Made by a program: the position numbers and the translations under genes. 64,000 nucleotides of DNA. Source: an uncultured Planctomycetales bacterium. Lineage in GTDB: Bacteria; Omnitrophota; Gorgyraeia; Gygaellales; Profunditerraquicolaceae. The DNA lies in the NCBI GenBank assembly GCA_964545575.1, contig CAZJFL010000001.1:221812-285811 (forward strand), in the 5' to 3' direction. The notes below the pieces were generated by a model. It made no database searches, was not told the DNA's origin, and saw only the letters and a program-made list of their open reading frames with translations. How positions within the stretch are numbered: position 1 is the first letter of the stretch; each line of letters begins with the position of its first letter. This document shows positions 61,701 to 64,000 of the stretch, piece after piece.

Positions 61701-64000
61701 GGATATGCCGAGTTGATTCCGAAACGGATGGCCATATAATCTTTGGGGATAAGCAGAGTCTTACCTTCAGGCCCGGAAATCTTACCCCGGTAAACCCTGC
61801 CGTCTATGACAAAATCCGCAAAATATCCGTCCTTATTTTTAATAATACCTTCGGCGGTTAATTGATCGGCATTAAATGCACTTAGCGGAACAACATAAGA
61901 AAGGTCTTCTATTGTAAGCTCTACAGGAAGGATTGAATCTAAGGGATTGGCAGTAGCATAAACGCCTGCCAAGCGAATCGTCCATTGGTTAGCTACCGAG
62001 CCCCAGGAGAGCGCTGCGCTATCAAGAGTAATTGGCCTGTTGATGGAAACGCTCTCAGGCGTGTTGCTGGCCGGAGGAGCAGTAGTCATCCGCGGATACA
62101 TTTCTTCAAACGGCTTCACCGGGTCAGCTGCGGTAATACCTCTTAAATCCACCTGTTTCTGCTGGCCTTTTATCCTTAATAACGGCCCTGTTGTCAAGTC
62201 GGTACTTAAGCGAGGATTACCTTCTTTTGTCCAGCCAAGATTAGCATCGATTCTGGCAGAAGCATCCGGATCAAGCGGTGCCGGAGTTTCTAATCCTAAG
62301 GATAAATTCTTGGTGCCGTATTTGCCGTTCACATCGCCGCTTACCTCTAACTTCATCTCACTGCCGGGAATGGCAACCTCGACGTTGCCCTGGGCAACTA
62401 CGTCCTTGCCGCCAGCATAGAGGGCTTGCGCGCTGGCAGTAACCGGGCCCACGGGCAGCTTTGCTTCTGCTCCGGCATAAGGATAGAAGGTTCTTTCTGC
62501 CCACTTAGAGAGGTCGACTTCCGGCTGGAAGACTAACTTCCACATCCTGCCCTGTTCATCCTGTTTGCCGAAAGATAAACTTCCGCGCAGGAGTTTCTCA
62601 TTGACTACGATATTCACCGGGACGTATCTAGTGCTGTTATCTAAATCGTTATGTACATAAACCGAATCATTAAACTGCAAATTGCTTAACGCCGCTCCTG
62701 CGCCTGCTTCCCAGAAGAATCCGGAGGCGTATTCCTGGCGTAAATGCAGATCATGCACCTGAATCTGGTTGTTTTGGTCTAAGCCCACATCCGCATACCC
62801 GGCATAAGCCAGAGAGGTTTTACCTTTAGAGAAAGCGAAGTTATCGAATAATATAATCCTGTGCTGCTTAAACTCCCGGTATTCAGTTAATGTGTCCGGC
62901 CCGGTTTGCTGATAGGTATACTCGTCAGCTACCAAAAGACCGAAAAGATTCAGCGCATTTTCTCCTAAAGGAGTCCGGATGCCGACGCCTCTCTCGGTAG
63001 TGGCAGAGGTTCCTTGGCTATATTGCCCGGAGTTGCGGTAAAGGTCAACCTGTGAACTGCCGAGCCCGAATAAGCTGGTTACGGCAGCAGAATTACCGAG
63101 TATCCCGTTCTGTAAGAAGGCGCCTAACGAACCTTGGGCGTCCTGAGCATCTACTATCTGCCGCAGTTCTCCGGCGGTATATGCCGGCAGTTCAGGAAAG
63201 ATTTTCTTTAACTCTTGGCTTTGCCGGCTCAGCGCGTCTGCCTGCTCGTAAAGCGCTTCTCTCTCCCGCTGGATGCGCATAGAATAATCTGCGATATCGG
63301 CAGTTAAGTATAAGCTGCGGCTTCTAGTATCAATCAGGCGGAACAATACATCTATCGCGCCTTTGATTGTACTATCATGCCACTTAGTATAAAGGATAGC
63401 CTTGTCCAAAGCCGCTTGCGTTTCCTGCGCATAATCAAGGGCTTTCTGATATTCCCGCTCAAACTTATCCGGGTCACTGGGATCGGCAAATCCTCGTTCG
63501 ATGTAAATATAGTGGGCGTAGCTGGTGGTATCCTGCCAATTAGTTTTTAACCACTGCATAAACTCAAAGTTGCCGCGGGCAAAATCTACCTGAGTCCTGA
63601 AATAATCTAATCCTGCCGGGCTATCGTAGGCCAAGAAATCCCTGAAGGCTGCCAATTTATCCCAGTTATTGCGGCTCTCCTGGAAGTCATTCCAGAGTTT
63701 TTCTCTCTCCGCTCTACCCTTATAAAACATCTGCAGGTTATCTTCGTAATACTGAAGCATTCTCTCCCGTTCGCCTACTTCCTCGCGCCACTCTAAAATG
63801 GTATTGGTATAAGTCCAGAGAAGGTCTAAATGCTGCGGATCATGCCGGAAGTAATATGCTCTCCTTTCCGGAGTCCAGAAAGGATCTTCTTTAGAAGGAT
63901 GCTGTTGGAAAGCGGTTAAGAAAATATCTAAATCCTGAATATCCACATCACCGTCGCGGTCTAAATCGTTTAACATCGGGTCTGCCGGATTAAGCATCGC
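49535..64000 (-). CDS. upstream (N-terminal-side) segment of a giant multidomain ORF; 5' end beyond the window; ends at in-frame TGA at 49535-49537
   Basis: Minus frame with codon low coordinates = 2 mod 3 is open from 63998 downward. Hand translation at 63997 gives AMLNPADPMLNDLDRDGDVD, and motifs at 58050, 53009, 52355 and 50774 sit in the same frame. The track lists no complete minus ORF in this frame, consistent with an edge-partial ORF. Plus-strand ORFs over this span are short and compositionally antisense-like. Confidence 0.8.
50000..51150 (-). other. sugar-1-phosphate nucleotidylyltransferase-like domain plus left-handed beta-helix hexapeptide repeats
   Basis: Verified HSNLLVILAGGEGKRNYPVTLSSGRGN (50774-50797, GGxGxR-type motif). 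Downstream translation IVGPDVKLGKEVVVEDGVIILGKSRIDKGTVRKGTVIIDSVI has hexapeptide-repeat character. Confidence 0.5.
51450..52420 (-). other. ASKHA-fold sugar kinase-like domain (ROK/glucokinase-like)
   Basis: verified DYSKGNFVALDVGGTSIK (phosphate-1 DxGGT motif at 52355-52372). Confidence 0.5.
53009..53023 (-). other. HExxH zinc-metallopeptidase-like motif (HETSH)
   Basis: hand translation AFFIALLDLILHETSHP. Confidence 0.35.
53430..53760 (-). other. membrane anchor followed by a Cys-rich segment
   Basis: Translation ...ILIWISIFTATLFLTGCSGVV... then CRDGLSPLTCTLANDVYRDGCEQCPNYRF. Not re-verified base by base. Confidence 0.3.
54300..55000 (-). other. transmembrane cluster 2
   Basis: Several ~20-residue hydrophobic segments in the translation (for example ...LALPLFFIGLYFILSQ..., ...GVILLGIVIFAPF...). 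This part of the translation was not re-verified base by base. Confidence 0.4.
56750..58100 (-). other. transmembrane cluster 1
   Basis: Verified hydrophobic helix KPMVTVIGLGLFLLGTSLAA at 58020-58090, with further hydrophobic stretches downstream. A large hydrophilic loop domain of unknown function follows (~55050-56700). Confidence 0.5.
59000..62900 (-). other. beta-rich region with YD/RHS-like repeat motifs (tentative)
   Basis: Verified segments IRAIIYDANGTKVGSVDYPYINGKPANE (60030-60115) and LDADGRVIQRVYLADHE (61139-61168) resemble the YxYDxxGRL repeat consensus. No enzymatic motifs were seen. Confidence 0.3.
63926..63967 (-). other. acidic DxDxDG-type (EF-hand/dockerin-like) calcium-binding-like loop
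   Basis: hand translation DLDRDGDVDIQDLD. Confidence 0.35.

Noticed and set aside
1-64000. Alternative genetic code (for example UGA recoding) to explain the absence of called ORFs
   Set aside because: Not needed. The standard code gives an open frame. The only two in-frame TGAs occur where the protein-like reading demonstrably switches frame, so they are frameshift consequences and not recoded codons.
1-64000. rRNA, tRNA, promoters or terminators
   Set aside because: No structured RNA signatures or intergenic spacers were seen. The window is continuous coding sequence, so any regulatory elements must lie outside it.

Overview
The window has no intergenic DNA. One minus-strand reading frame (codons whose lowest plus-strand coordinate is 2 mod 3) is protein-coding from 64000 down to 1, and it leaves the window at both ends. 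Every plus-strand ORF in the supplied track reads as an antisense artefact. The frame is broken at one place only, a ~185-nt island at 49376-49561. There the Nudix-like domain is read in the neighbouring frame, and two in-frame TGA codons fall at 49535-49537 and 49436-49438. As sequenced this gives two partial giant ORFs in the same frame, 49535-64000 (>=4,821 codons) and 1-49435 (>=16,478 codons). They almost certainly belong to one gene of >=21,300 codons. The ORF track appears to list only complete ATG-initiated ORFs, which would explain why this reading frame does not appear in it. Hand translation at more than 40 anchor points shows a megaprotein that strings together many recognisable enzyme signatures. 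Highlights: PEP-utilising dikinase, Fic, site-2-protease-like HEFGH, phosphohexomutase, phosphoglucose isomerase (SIS), GatZ/KbaZ-like, RmlD-like; every domain is in the feature list. Several domains occur in paralogous pairs. There are multi-pass transmembrane clusters and a tentative YD/RHS-like region on the N-terminal side. The modules are separated by a recurring in-frame linker motif (S)RDxxGSVDNGGS, encoded by near-identical 20-mers at 11 sites. All domain boundaries are approximate. All assignments rest on manual motif recognition, not on database searches.
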